Origin: Patescibacteria group bacterium
Lineage (GTDB): Bacteria > Patescibacteriota > Minisyncoccia > Phycocordibacterales > Phycocordibacteraceae
NCBI GenBank assembly: GCA_018971045.1
Contig: JAGWVF010000006.1
Coordinates: 176-64,175, forward strand
Direction: 5' to 3'
Length of the DNA stretch: 64,000 bases
Positions 19,110 through 28,223 of this stretch are shown piece after piece; the first letter of the stretch is position 1, and each line of letters begins with the position of its first letter. The notes beneath the pieces were generated by a model that saw only the letters and a program-made list of their open reading frames with translations, was not told the DNA's origin and ran no database searches. A program made the position numbers and the translations under genes.

Positions 19110-19906
19110 CAGAATGTCTCTCAATCTCACTTCGAGGGTTGTCTGCTTCCGGTAAGGGCACTATTGCGTCCCTGCTTGCAAAAGAGCTCAACATCCAGCA
19201 CGTAGATTGTGGGCAAATATTCAGGGCCATTGCACTGTATGTGCATGAACACCGAGTAAAAGGAATTGCCTCTTTCTTTAAGAAAGCAAAGATTCAGATA
19301 ACAAATCGAGATATTACAGTCGAGGGCAAAACGTATTTTCGTGAACAACTACAAACTGAGAATGTCGGTCGTCTCGCAACTGAATTGAGCCGAAAACACA
19401 GCGACAAGCTTGTATCGTTAATAAATGCTCTTCTCTCCACGATACCTCGAGTGATAGTTGATGGACGAAACGCGGGAATAGATATTCTTCCCAACCCCAA
19501 TTTTTCTTTTTTCCTTCAGACAAAATTGGAATCACGCGTGCAGCGACGATATAATCAAGAACGATCTAATGGAATAAAGGTCAGCGTTATAGATATTCTT
19601 CACAGTCTCTCTCACAGAGATGAGGTTGATAAAGAGCGGGATATCAGACTCGTTGAGCCCCAGCGACATGAGCGCACTGTTGTTACAGATGGGAAGACAC
19701 CACTGCAGTGTGTTAATGAAATCATAACTACAATCAATAAGACGAAATCACAAATATTTCTTTGGGTTGCGGTAGACAAACAAGGAAAATTCTTCACTTA
19801 CGAAGATGGAGCCGTAATTGTAGCGACTAAGAAAAGCAAAATTCCAATAAGGGTACGTGAATGCAAAGATTTCTCTATTATTCAGGTAATACTTAAGCCA
19901 GTATAG
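19106..19906 (+). CDS. cytidylate kinase (Cmk)-like P-loop kinase with C-terminal extension
   Basis: GLSASGKGT P-loop, VIVDGRNAG and RVQRRYNQ motifs of Cmk; 4-bp overlap with upstream gene; ~50 aa longer than typical Cmk. Confidence 0.65.
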   Translation: MTECLSISLRGLSASGKGTIASLLAKELNIQHVDCGQIFRAIALYVHEHRVKGIASFFKKAKIQITNRDITVEGKTYFREQLQTENVGRLATELSRKHSDKLVSLINALLSTIPRVIVDGRNAGIDILPNPNFSFFLQTKLESRVQRRYNQERSNGIKVSVIDILHSLSHRDEVDKERDIRLVEPQRHERTVVTDGKTPLQCVNEIITTINKTKSQIFLWVAVDKQGKFFTYEDGAVIVATKKSKIPIRVRECKDFSIIQVILKPV

Positions 19907-19980
19907 ATATGACCCATGTTCTGTGTAGCACCACATTGGCAGAGCTCATTCGAGCTGGGGCAATATGTTAGAATCGAGGG

Positions 19981-21000
19981 ATGACACCTCTGTCGGCGGA
20001 AGACTTCGGGAAAGGATTTCCATTTCAGAGAGATATTTCAGAACAAATTCGCTTCTTACTGACGGCTGCCGTACGAGCCCCCTCGACGCATAATTGCCAG
20101 CCATGGCGGTTTCGGGTTGAGAATAACCGCCTCCTTGTGTATCGCGATACACGCATCCGTCTCCCACAATCAGATCCGGAGAACCGCTATGCGCACATAA
20201 GTATTGGGTTTCTTCTGCACCATATCGATCTATTGGGGAAATGGCTTTCCATGGCCCCGCAAATTTCCCTTGTGAATGGGGATGAACACGTTGCAGAGAT
20301 TACATTTTCTCCAGCGACGAAGGCAGAGGAAATCCCACCACTTGTTGTAGCGATTTTTAAACGTCGAAATCGTCGCGGTGTGTTTGAGGACAAACCAATT
20401 TCTCAATCAATATTTGATGAGGCAACAAAGATGCAAATGCCATCTTTCATTCCTCCAGAGGTGAAGGTGGTTACCGATAGAGCAGCTCTGGCGAGCATTG
20501 CCGATGCAACTTCAGGCAATATGAAACGAGTCTATAAAAGGAGAGTGTTTCGTCGCGAGATGTCTTCATGGATTACGCCAAATAATTCAACACGCAAGGA
20601 TGGCATCCCAGGGTATTCGCTCAACCAGCCAACATTCATGAGCTGGATACTCCCGACCGTTATCCGATTGGTAAATATGGGGAAGGTATTAGCCAAGCTG
20701 AACAATGAGTCTATCGCTTCAGCGGCCGCGGCCTTTGGTTTTGGGGCTGAGGATTCTCCCTCTGGATGGCTCTCGGTCGGGTTTGCCGCTTCTCACACAG
20801 CATTAACGCTTGTCGCCCATAATATCGACTACTCCGTTTTTGTCGCCTCAATAGAATATGAGGACACTCGCAAGTCAGTTGGTGAGGTCTTTCGTCTCCA
20901 TCAGCCACTCGAGTTCCTCTTTGTTGCAGGGACATTCCCCGATGAAGTTGCGTGGATGACCCCACGAATATCGATCGAAGATAAACTAATACCATCATGA
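19981..21000 (+). CDS. tandem-domain nitroreductase family protein (Acg/SagB-type dehydrogenase-like)
   Basis: STHNCQPWRF hallmark; 339 aa length consistent with two fused nitroreductase-like domains. Confidence 0.75.
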   Translation: MTPLSAEDFGKGFPFQRDISEQIRFLLTAAVRAPSTHNCQPWRFRVENNRLLVYRDTRIRLPQSDPENRYAHISIGFLLHHIDLLGKWLSMAPQISLVNGDEHVAEITFSPATKAEEIPPLVVAIFKRRNRRGVFEDKPISQSIFDEATKMQMPSFIPPEVKVVTDRAALASIADATSGNMKRVYKRRVFRREMSSWITPNNSTRKDGIPGYSLNQPTFMSWILPTVIRLVNMGKVLAKLNNESIASAAAAFGFGAEDSPSGWLSVGFAASHTALTLVAHNIDYSVFVASIEYEDTRKSVGEVFRLHQPLEFLFVAGTFPDEVAWMTPRISIEDKLIPS

Positions 21001-22043
21001 AAAACGACTTCTCCGTTCGGATTTTTGATCCGCATCATGGGGATGATGCGGGTGAAATCGCAAAACTGCGTTCCGAGAACTACTTTTTTGTAGACACGTA
21101 TGACGAACAAATTGCGGAATTAATGGAGATACGCGATCCCGAATCGGTCGGAGGCACTCACAAACCGCTCACTGATGAGCCGGGCGAACGTATCGTCGAG
21201 TATCCGTGGCGCAAAACATTAGTGCGTATCGTAGGGCCTGAAGCATATCGTGAATTGCGTACTAATCGAAATCGGAACTTACTTACGCAGGAGGAGCAAA
21301 AGAAATTTGCTTCTGCGAACATCGGTTTCGCTGGCCTCAATGTGGGGAACCCGGGGGCAGTGTGCATTGCGCTTGAAGGTGGCGCGCACATAATGAAACT
21401 CGCTGATCTTGATGCGCTATCGGTAACGAATTTAAATCGTTTTCGTGCCGGACTTGCAGATCTTGGGCTCAATAAGGCGACACTTACTGCGCATCAGATT
21501 CTCGAGGTAGATCCTTATTACAAAATAGAATTGCACGAAAAAGGAATTACATCAGACACCGTCGAGCCATTTATCGCAGAGCCAAAGATAGATCTGCTCG
21601 TCGAAGAGATGGATGCGCTTCCTCTGAAAATAAAGATACGGGAAGTCGCGCGGAGTAAGGGTGTGCCCGTCATCATGGTGACCGGGAATGGAGAAGGAAT
21701 ATTGTTAGATGTCGAACGTTATGATCTAGAACCAGATCTGCCCATTCTTAATGATCTTTTGGAGACGCGAATAATTGATGCAGTTACGAAGCCGTCAGGT
21801 CCGCTCGCACCGCGTGAGAAAGTCGCTCTCGCGCGGGATTTCATGGGTACGAAATATTTGGACGCGCGCCTCCTCGATTCTTTTGGAGAATTCGGGAGCA
21901 AGCTTGCAGGCATCCCACAGCTCGCCGAATCGTCCTTCCTGCGTGGCGCCGCACTGTGTTATGCAGCAAAAGCGATTATACTCGGCCGACCACTCGCCTC
22001 CGGTCGATATGCATTTTCGTTCGAGAATTGTATGCAAAAATAA
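20997..22043 (+). CDS. E1-like (ThiF/MoeB/MccB-family) adenylyltransferase with ~95-aa N-terminal extension
   Basis: NIGFAGLNVGNPGAVCIALEGGAHIMKLADLDALSVTNLNR Rossmann/ATP-binding region of ThiF family; no CxxC zinc motifs; 4-bp overlap with nitroreductase gene. Confidence 0.7.
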   Translation: MKNDFSVRIFDPHHGDDAGEIAKLRSENYFFVDTYDEQIAELMEIRDPESVGGTHKPLTDEPGERIVEYPWRKTLVRIVGPEAYRELRTNRNRNLLTQEEQKKFASANIGFAGLNVGNPGAVCIALEGGAHIMKLADLDALSVTNLNRFRAGLADLGLNKATLTAHQILEVDPYYKIELHEKGITSDTVEPFIAEPKIDLLVEEMDALPLKIKIREVARSKGVPVIMVTGNGEGILLDVERYDLEPDLPILNDLLETRIIDAVTKPSGPLAPREKVALARDFMGTKYLDARLLDSFGEFGSKLAGIPQLAESSFLRGAALCYAAKAIILGRPLASGRYAFSFENCMQK

Positions 22044-22061
22044 GAGCGAAAAATAAACAAA

Positions 22062-23633
22062 ATGGAATCTTTCTTAAATACAGATCTTCTCTTGGTTGGC
22101 GTAGCGGTTGCAGGTGCAGGCACGCTCGGGTTCTCTATTTATTTCTCGGACACAAAGAATTCAACTTCGCGATCCTTTCTTCTCTTCGCAATCGTAAGTA
22201 TTTTTTGGAGCATTACAAATTTCGCGAGTGCACGAGCCACTGACCCAATTCTCTTACTCTGGCTTATTCGTCTGGTTCTATTTTTTGCGATATGGCATGC
22301 TTTTTCATTCTTCATACTCGCACAGCAATTCCCAGAACCAAAACCGATTCTTCAGAAAAAAGCCTTTCTTGGATTTTTGTCTTGGACGGCAATAATATCA
22401 ATCATTGCTCTCACCCCATTTGTTTATGAATCAGTAGTCACTATTGATTCGATGATTACAACAAAGACTGGTCCGGGTATTGCGTTATTTGGACTCTCGG
22501 TATTTTGGTTTGTTGGAGCAGGTATTTGGACACTTGCTCGAAAACTTTTTCGTTCAAAGGGAATAGAACGAAATCAAATGGAATTTGTCTTTACGGGTAT
22601 GATAATGACCTTCATCTTTCTCATTATCTTTAATTTTCTTTTTCCAGCACTTCTGAATATTTCGACCTTAGTTCCTTTTGGTGGTCTTTTTCTTCTACCG
22701 TTTATCGTAGGTACAGCTTATGCAATCCTGCGCTATCGTCTCTTTGATCTCCGTGTAGCTCTTTTTGGTTTACTGACGTTTATGCTTGCGACCGCAACAT
22801 TCTTTGATGTTATTTTGGCTAATTCCATAACTCTCGTTCTGTATCGTGTAGTCGAACTTTTGCTCGTACTCGTTGCAGGAATCTTGCTTATTCGAAATAT
22901 AATCCATGAATTTAGACTTGAGAAGGAGCTTCGGCAGACCAACGAACGCCAAGAGACGCTCATCCACTTCATCGGACACGAGGTCAAAGGGTTCTTGACC
23001 AAAGATATGGGAGTTTTCGCCGCACTGCTCGAGGGAGACTACGGCACCCTGCCGGAGGAGCTCAATCCGTTCGTGACGCAGGCGCTCGCGCAGACGCGCC
23101 AAGGGGCGGATTCGGTAGCGAACATATTGAAAGCCGCGAATTTGAAAAAAGGGACCGTAACCTATACCAAGGAGCCCTTCGACCTTAAAGAGGTCGTGGC
23201 GGCGGCGGTTGAAAAGGAGAAGCTGATCGCGGAGCGGAAGGGTCTCACGCTCTCGTTTACTGCCGACGAGGGAGGGTCGTACCGGATGGTCGGCGACAAG
23301 GCGCAGATAAACGACCACGTGATTAGAAATATTATCAGTAACGCCATCAACTACACCCCAACAGGATCCATCGCCGTCTCATTGAGGCGAGACGGAGAGA
23401 AAGTGGCGCTTGAAGTAAAGGACTCAGGTATCGGCATCACCGACGAGGATAAGAAGAAACTCTTCACCGAAGGCGGCCACGGGAAGGATTCGATAAAGAC
23501 GAACGTCCACTCGACCGGCTACGGCCTCTATATCGCGAAGCAGATCATCGAGGCGCACGGCGGCACGATCACTGCCTCGAGCGAGGGAGAAGGGAAGGGC
23601 GCGACGTTTGTAGTGAAGTTCCCTGCAGTCTAA
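22062..23633 (+). CDS. sensor histidine kinase with N-terminal multi-pass (7TM-like) membrane domain
   Basis: ~270 aa of TM helices, then HisKA (FIGHEVKGFL) and HATPase_c (G-x-G-L motifs, GTITASSEGEGKGATF). Confidence 0.8.
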   Translation: MESFLNTDLLLVGVAVAGAGTLGFSIYFSDTKNSTSRSFLLFAIVSIFWSITNFASARATDPILLLWLIRLVLFFAIWHAFSFFILAQQFPEPKPILQKKAFLGFLSWTAIISIIALTPFVYESVVTIDSMITTKTGPGIALFGLSVFWFVGAGIWTLARKLFRSKGIERNQMEFVFTGMIMTFIFLIIFNFLFPALLNISTLVPFGGLFLLPFIVGTAYAILRYRLFDLRVALFGLLTFMLATATFFDVILANSITLVLYRVVELLLVLVAGILLIRNIIHEFRLEKELRQTNERQETLIHFIGHEVKGFLTKDMGVFAALLEGDYGTLPEELNPFVTQALAQTRQGADSVANILKAANLKKGTVTYTKEPFDLKEVVAAAVEKEKLIAERKGLTLSFTADEGGSYRMVGDKAQINDHVIRNIISNAINYTPTGSIAVSLRRDGEKVALEVKDSGIGITDEDKKKLFTEGGHGKDSIKTNVHSTGYGLYIAKQIIEAHGGTITASSEGEGKGATFVVKFPAV

Positions 23634-23963
23634 TCGAACCTCCCTATGAATCTGAAACGGCAATCCTGCCAGCTTCGTGACGACTACTCAATACATTGAC
23701 GACTGAGTCACCGCCGCGACAGACGCCGAAGCATCACAGCACTCGACTTCCCGTCGGGTGCGCTTTTTAAGATGAGATAGGGAATAGACAGTGATGCACT
23801 AAACTTTGTTTAATCTGTTAGATTGCTCCGAGGACTGGACGACGTTAGAACCGTTTTGGTAGAGGGGAAAAGCGAGTTTACCTACCGCTGTCCTGCGTTT
23901 GCGATGCCTGCATAGCACACTCGCATCAAACCCACCATCCGAAATACCTGCTATACTGACAGT

Positions 23964-24326
23964 ATGGAAAATACCCCATCTTTGGATGGCTTGTTTGTGG
24001 AGGATGTTGAGGGAGATGCGGATAAACTGCTCGCTACCGAGACGGCGACAAACGAACATCTTGCTCACCTACAAACACTTCTGCCTACTGTGCAGACGCG
24101 GGAGGGGCGGTTGGCTATCGCTGACTACGGCTTCGGAAAGATGAGTGATGAGGAGGACGATAAACTCGCCTCGTATTTCTTTGTCATCTCAAGTATGAAA
24201 GCGTTTCCCCGTGTGGCACGCGATTTCTTCACAGACGCGATGCTATATTGCGAGGATGATATAGGAACATACAAAAGCGCATCTGCTGTCAAGGAAATGT
24301 ACAAAAAAATACGCCCCGCGTTGTAG
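23964..24326 (+). CDS. hypothetical acidic protein
   Basis: 120 aa; TATACT -10-like hexamer 8 nt upstream, possibly leaderless. Confidence 0.4.
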   Translation: MENTPSLDGLFVEDVEGDADKLLATETATNEHLAHLQTLLPTVQTREGRLAIADYGFGKMSDEEDDKLASYFFVISSMKAFPRVARDFFTDAMLYCEDDIGTYKSASAVKEMYKKIRPAL

Positions 24327-24368
24327 CGGAGCGTTGCGGGGGCCTAAACTAGGCGGGAGGAGAAGCGA

Positions 24369-24569
24369 CTAGCGCTTCGACTTGTTGGGGACGGCGTTGG
24401 CACTCTTGACGCGACCACTACTATCCTTGTGAACCGCGATGTGCTGGTGGTCATTCTTACTGCCACCAGTATCGCGTATGTACTCTGTAGTGGTACCACC
24501 GCCCTGACGGTCTTTAGTTTTCTCGTTTACGGAACCGCCACTGTCTTTGAACCAGCCTGACCAACCCAT
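24369..24569 (-). CDS. small glycine-rich stress-protein-like (KGG-repeat-like)
   Basis: 66 aa with GGS/GGG repeats; GGAG SD 9 nt upstream of ATG on minus strand. Confidence 0.45.
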   Translation of the reverse strand: MGWSGWFKDSGGSVNEKTKDRQGGGTTTEYIRDTGGSKNDHQHIAVHKDSSGRVKSANAVPNKSKR

Positions 24570-24794
24570 AATAGAACTCCTCTAGCTAGAAGGAAGGAAT
24601 GTGCTCTGCCGCCTCTTGCGACATTGAGAGCAATCTATCATGCCCGCCTTATATTTTCAAGGAGGCGGGCTTGCTCGGCTTGGAGACCCGCGTTGAAAAT
24701 GATGCGGTACTCGAAGTCATTGTTCACCTTTTGGAAGTTCTCAAAACCCACCTGCTCAAGGGCGGCTCATCCGCCAAGACTGTCAACAACCACC

Positions 24795-24844
24795 GGTAGT
24801 GTAGCTGACGCGCGCAATCTTGTCACAGAAGCTCTCTTGATATG
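24795..24844 (+). repeat. 50-bp direct repeat copy 1 (GGTAGTGTAGCTGACGCG..TCTTGTCACAGAAGCTCTC..GATA)
   Basis: 44/50 identical to 29394-29443. Confidence 0.7.
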
Positions 24845-24879
24845 AAAATTTCCCTTTGAAATGCAATTGCTCTAATGTG

Positions 24880-24948
24880 GGCACCATCACTGCCTCGAGC
24901 GAGGGAGAAGGGAAGGGCGCGACGTTTACGGTTGAATTTCCAGAATAA
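24880..24948 (+). pseudogene. histidine kinase 3'-end fragment
   Basis: Nearly identical to 23564-23611; encodes GTITASSEGEGKGATFTVEFPE*, a copy of the C-terminal tail of HK 22062-23633. Confidence 0.6.
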
Positions 24949-25057
24949 TGGTGCAGTTCGACTTGGCTTTTGACTAAACACCAGCGTTTTGTATACTGAA
25001 GAGACTGTTTGTGCGGTGGAATGTTGCACTGTCTGCTCCCAGTAGTTATTCATTTCT

Positions 25058-26473
25058 ATGAAAAGAACCCACATCAAAGAACTCAAAGAGTGCGTTGGTC
25101 ATGGCGTTGTCATACAGGGCTGGGTTCATATACGGCGCGATCAGGGGAAGATGGTCTTCCTTGATATTCGCGATGCCTCGGGAGTAGTGCAAAGCGTAAT
25201 TTTGCCAAAGAGCGAGGCAATAGAGATGGGGAAAGTAGTGCGCGAAGAATTTGTGGTGCAGGTTGAGGGTATTGTCCGTGAACGCCCGGAGCAAAACAAA
25301 AAGAAAGATGTTCAAAACGGTGACATTGAACTCGAAATACAAAAACTCACCCTCTTAAACGAAGCATCTACGCCCCCGTTCCCACTCAATGAGGATACGC
25401 GTTCAGTCGACGAGTCGGTGCGGCTAGAATATCGCTATCTTGATTTGCGTAATGCTCGGATGCAAAAAAATATTACGAACCGATCTCGCGCGCAGTATCT
25501 CATTCGCACGCTTCTTGAGAAGGAAGGGTTTCTCGAGATTGAGACGCCGCTTCTCTCTGCACCTACTCCTGAGGGGTCGCGCTCATTTGTCGTCCCGAGC
25601 CGCGTGTACCGGGGGAACTTCTATTCACTGCCGCAATCACCGCAGCAATATAAACAGCTGCTCATGGTTGGTGGAGTCGAGAAATATTTTCAATTCGCGC
25701 GTTGTATGCGCGATGAAGACACGCGTGGCGACCGCCAGCCGGAATTTACTCAACTCGACATGGAGATGGCCTTCGTCACCCAAGAAGAGGTCATGCAGCT
25801 CAATGAGCGATTACTTGTCGAGACTGTACGCACGCTTTATCCGCATAAGCACATACAGGAGATCCCATTCCCCCGCATGACCTATAAAGAAGCTGTGGAA
25901 AAGTATGGGAGTGACAAGCCTGACATTCGCAAGGATAAAAATGATCCGAATCTTCTCGCATTTCTCTGGGTTATTGATTTTCCTATGTTCGAGAAGACGG
26001 GAGAGGATAATGTCGATGGTACTGGCGAGTGGACCTTTACCCACAACCCGTTCTCAAAGCCGAAGGATGAGCATATGGAACTCTTTATGAAGAAAGAGAA
26101 TATCGGCGATATACAAACGACCCAATATGACATTACGCTTAACGGCAGTGAGATTGGAGGCGGGAGTATTCGGAACCACCAGTCTGAAGCGCTCAAGACA
26201 ACGTTTGAGATCATGGGGTATAACGAAGATCGTATTCAAACCAACTTCGGCCATATGCTGAAGGCGCTGCAATTTGGCGCGCCGCCGCACGGAGGAATCG
26301 CATGGGGATTTGACCGACTCCTTATGATTCTCGAGAACGAGCAGAATATTCGCGAAGTGATACCGTTCGCAAAGACGGGTGACGGGAAGGATCTTATGAT
26401 GCATGCGCCCGCCGAAATTCCGGATATCCAGAAAAAGGAATTGGGCATACAGGTGTTGAGCAAAGAAATTTGA
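25058..26473 (+). CDS. aspS: aspartyl-tRNA synthetase (short form lacking GAD insertion)
   Basis: 471 aa; N-terminal OB fold, class II motifs FRDE-like (CMRDEDTRGDRQPEFTQLDMEM), GGGSIR, GFDRLLM. Confidence 0.9.
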   Translation: MKRTHIKELKECVGHGVVIQGWVHIRRDQGKMVFLDIRDASGVVQSVILPKSEAIEMGKVVREEFVVQVEGIVRERPEQNKKKDVQNGDIELEIQKLTLLNEASTPPFPLNEDTRSVDESVRLEYRYLDLRNARMQKNITNRSRAQYLIRTLLEKEGFLEIETPLLSAPTPEGSRSFVVPSRVYRGNFYSLPQSPQQYKQLLMVGGVEKYFQFARCMRDEDTRGDRQPEFTQLDMEMAFVTQEEVMQLNERLLVETVRTLYPHKHIQEIPFPRMTYKEAVEKYGSDKPDIRKDKNDPNLLAFLWVIDFPMFEKTGEDNVDGTGEWTFTHNPFSKPKDEHMELFMKKENIGDIQTTQYDITLNGSEIGGGSIRNHQSEALKTTFEIMGYNEDRIQTNFGHMLKALQFGAPPHGGIAWGFDRLLMILENEQNIREVIPFAKTGDGKDLMMHAPAEIPDIQKKELGIQVLSKEI

Positions 26474-26480
26474 AGAGCCC

Positions 26481-26518
26481 TATATCGTCAAGCAGATCAC
26501 CGAGGCGTACGGCGGGCA
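26481..26518 (+). pseudogene. second histidine kinase tail fragment
   Basis: YIVKQITEAYGG similar to YIAKQIIEAHGG of HK 22062-23633 (about 34/38 nt). Confidence 0.4.
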
Positions 26519-26562
26519 AAGTTCACTGGACTTTGCCCGCTAAGATTTTACAATAATCAACA

Positions 26563-27864
26563 ATGAATCTGCCCAAGAGTATTTCAAATCTATACTGGTC
26601 TTTTAAGGATCGGAAGTTGATAGAAGACGTATACCGAGATTCAGACTGCCATTTTATTTATTTGCCGCGGGATACAAAAAAGATATTCATTGATGTGTAT
26701 ATAAAAGCCGGAGCGTTGCTCGAAGACGAGCGGCAGGCCGGCATCGGGCATGTCTTGGAACATTACATTTCTGCGCTTGTACACAAGGAACTCCCCGACG
26801 ACGTGAAATTTGGAGCAAAGATTAACGATGATTACATAGTTTTTTATCTCGAGTCAGAAGCTGATACGACCCTCGTACACGCTTTCAATACGCTTTTCGA
26901 AGTCCTCACCCGCCCGGATTTTTCTCAGAAAGAAGTCTTCGACTACGAAAAGAGATCCATCATGAGCGAATTGGGAGAGGAGAAAAATGATATAGAACGC
27001 AGATTGGAAAGATTGGTCGAACGGACACGGTATGTAGACGAGCCGAACGGGAGATCCTTCGTTGATCATCTCCCGAAAATGAAGGAGTTATCGCTGGAAA
27101 ATATCGCTACCTATCATAAGAAGATTCTTACCAAAGAACACATTACGATATTCGTATCCGCAGTAAAATCTCACCCCAGCGTTCTTTCTGCCGTTACAGA
27201 CAAACTAGATATTCTGAATGTATCGAAAGGGGTGCCCGATTTCCCACGGCCAACCTACTCTGATTTCTCAATAGTTATTGACGAGGATCCGAACCTTTCC
27301 GGAAGTTACCTTGTCATGACCTTTCCCTCTCTCAATCGGACAGCGAGCTTGAAAGATGAGGTAATCCTCGATTTATTAATCGAGATCATGAAAGATCCGG
27401 AACACAAAGGAGCTCGACAAGAAATGAGGGAACAGGGTATCTATGATATTACTGTCGTGCAACACGAAGGAGCTCATAACGGGTATCTGGCGATGAGAAG
27501 TTACGTAAGTAATGATCAAATCGTGGCGTGGATACAGATCGTCGCTTCTCTCATGCGTATCCTAAAGGAAAGTGGACCGAGCCAGTCTCTCTTTGAGCGG
27601 ATAAAGGGGGAGTGGATCGGCGACATGACGACCCATTGGCGGACTAATAGCGGACGTTTCGCGCTCCTGAGCGACCGCATCTTGAACCAAGGAAATGTTC
27701 CCGGATATAAAAAGGAAATTGAGGAGATTGCCGCGTCTGCGACCGTCAACGATGTACGCGAAATGGCCAAGAAGATATTTGAAAGAGAAAAGGTTAATCT
27801 GATTCTCTTCGGAGAAAACACCGGACTCAGCCGAGAAGAAATAGCGAAAGCGATGGTCTTCTAG
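26563..27864 (+). CDS. M16 family zinc peptidase (insulinase/pitrilysin-like)
   Basis: Inverted zinc motif HVLEH (HxxEH) near the N-terminus; 433 aa. Confidence 0.7.
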   Translation: MNLPKSISNLYWSFKDRKLIEDVYRDSDCHFIYLPRDTKKIFIDVYIKAGALLEDERQAGIGHVLEHYISALVHKELPDDVKFGAKINDDYIVFYLESEADTTLVHAFNTLFEVLTRPDFSQKEVFDYEKRSIMSELGEEKNDIERRLERLVERTRYVDEPNGRSFVDHLPKMKELSLENIATYHKKILTKEHITIFVSAVKSHPSVLSAVTDKLDILNVSKGVPDFPRPTYSDFSIVIDEDPNLSGSYLVMTFPSLNRTASLKDEVILDLLIEIMKDPEHKGARQEMREQGIYDITVVQHEGAHNGYLAMRSYVSNDQIVAWIQIVASLMRILKESGPSQSLFERIKGEWIGDMTTHWRTNSGRFALLSDRILNQGNVPGYKKEIEEIAASATVNDVREMAKKIFEREKVNLILFGENTGLSREEIAKAMVF

Positions 27865-27917
27865 CACGAGCGACACGGGAGTATAGAGCGGCGCCATCTC
27901 TTAAAAAGGAGTTCATT

Positions 27918-28148
27918 GTGAACACCGGCAGCAAGGAAATGCGGAACCCGCACGAGAGGGACGGTTTCAAGACCTCCTCAATTACTCGGTATCTTCCCAT
28001 CAAGACCTGCGTCGCCGTTCGGATTGGCGACGTATCAGTCGATGTCCGGGACACCAAGGACCCTTCGAGTCCCACTCTCTCGTTCACCAGAGCCGAATGG
28101 GACGCTTTTATCCAGGGCGTGAAGAAGAACGAGTTCGACATCACGTAA
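27918..28148 (+). CDS. DUF397 domain protein
   Basis: GTG start with AAGGAG SD; VAVRDTKDPSSPTLSFTRAEWDAFIQGVKKNEFD matches the DUF397 consensus closely. Confidence 0.6.
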   Translation: MNTGSKEMRNPHERDGFKTSSITRYLPIKTCVAVRIGDVSVDVRDTKDPSSPTLSFTRAEWDAFIQGVKKNEFDIT

Positions 28149-28223
28149 CATGCGAAGTATCGAACGGAGTGCATGCAAATTGCATGCACTCTTTTCATTC
28201 AGATACGATAAAATACATCATAC

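Noticed and set aside
24599-24799. 66-aa ORF
   Set aside because: No SD, no features; region is a repeat/HK-fragment junction.
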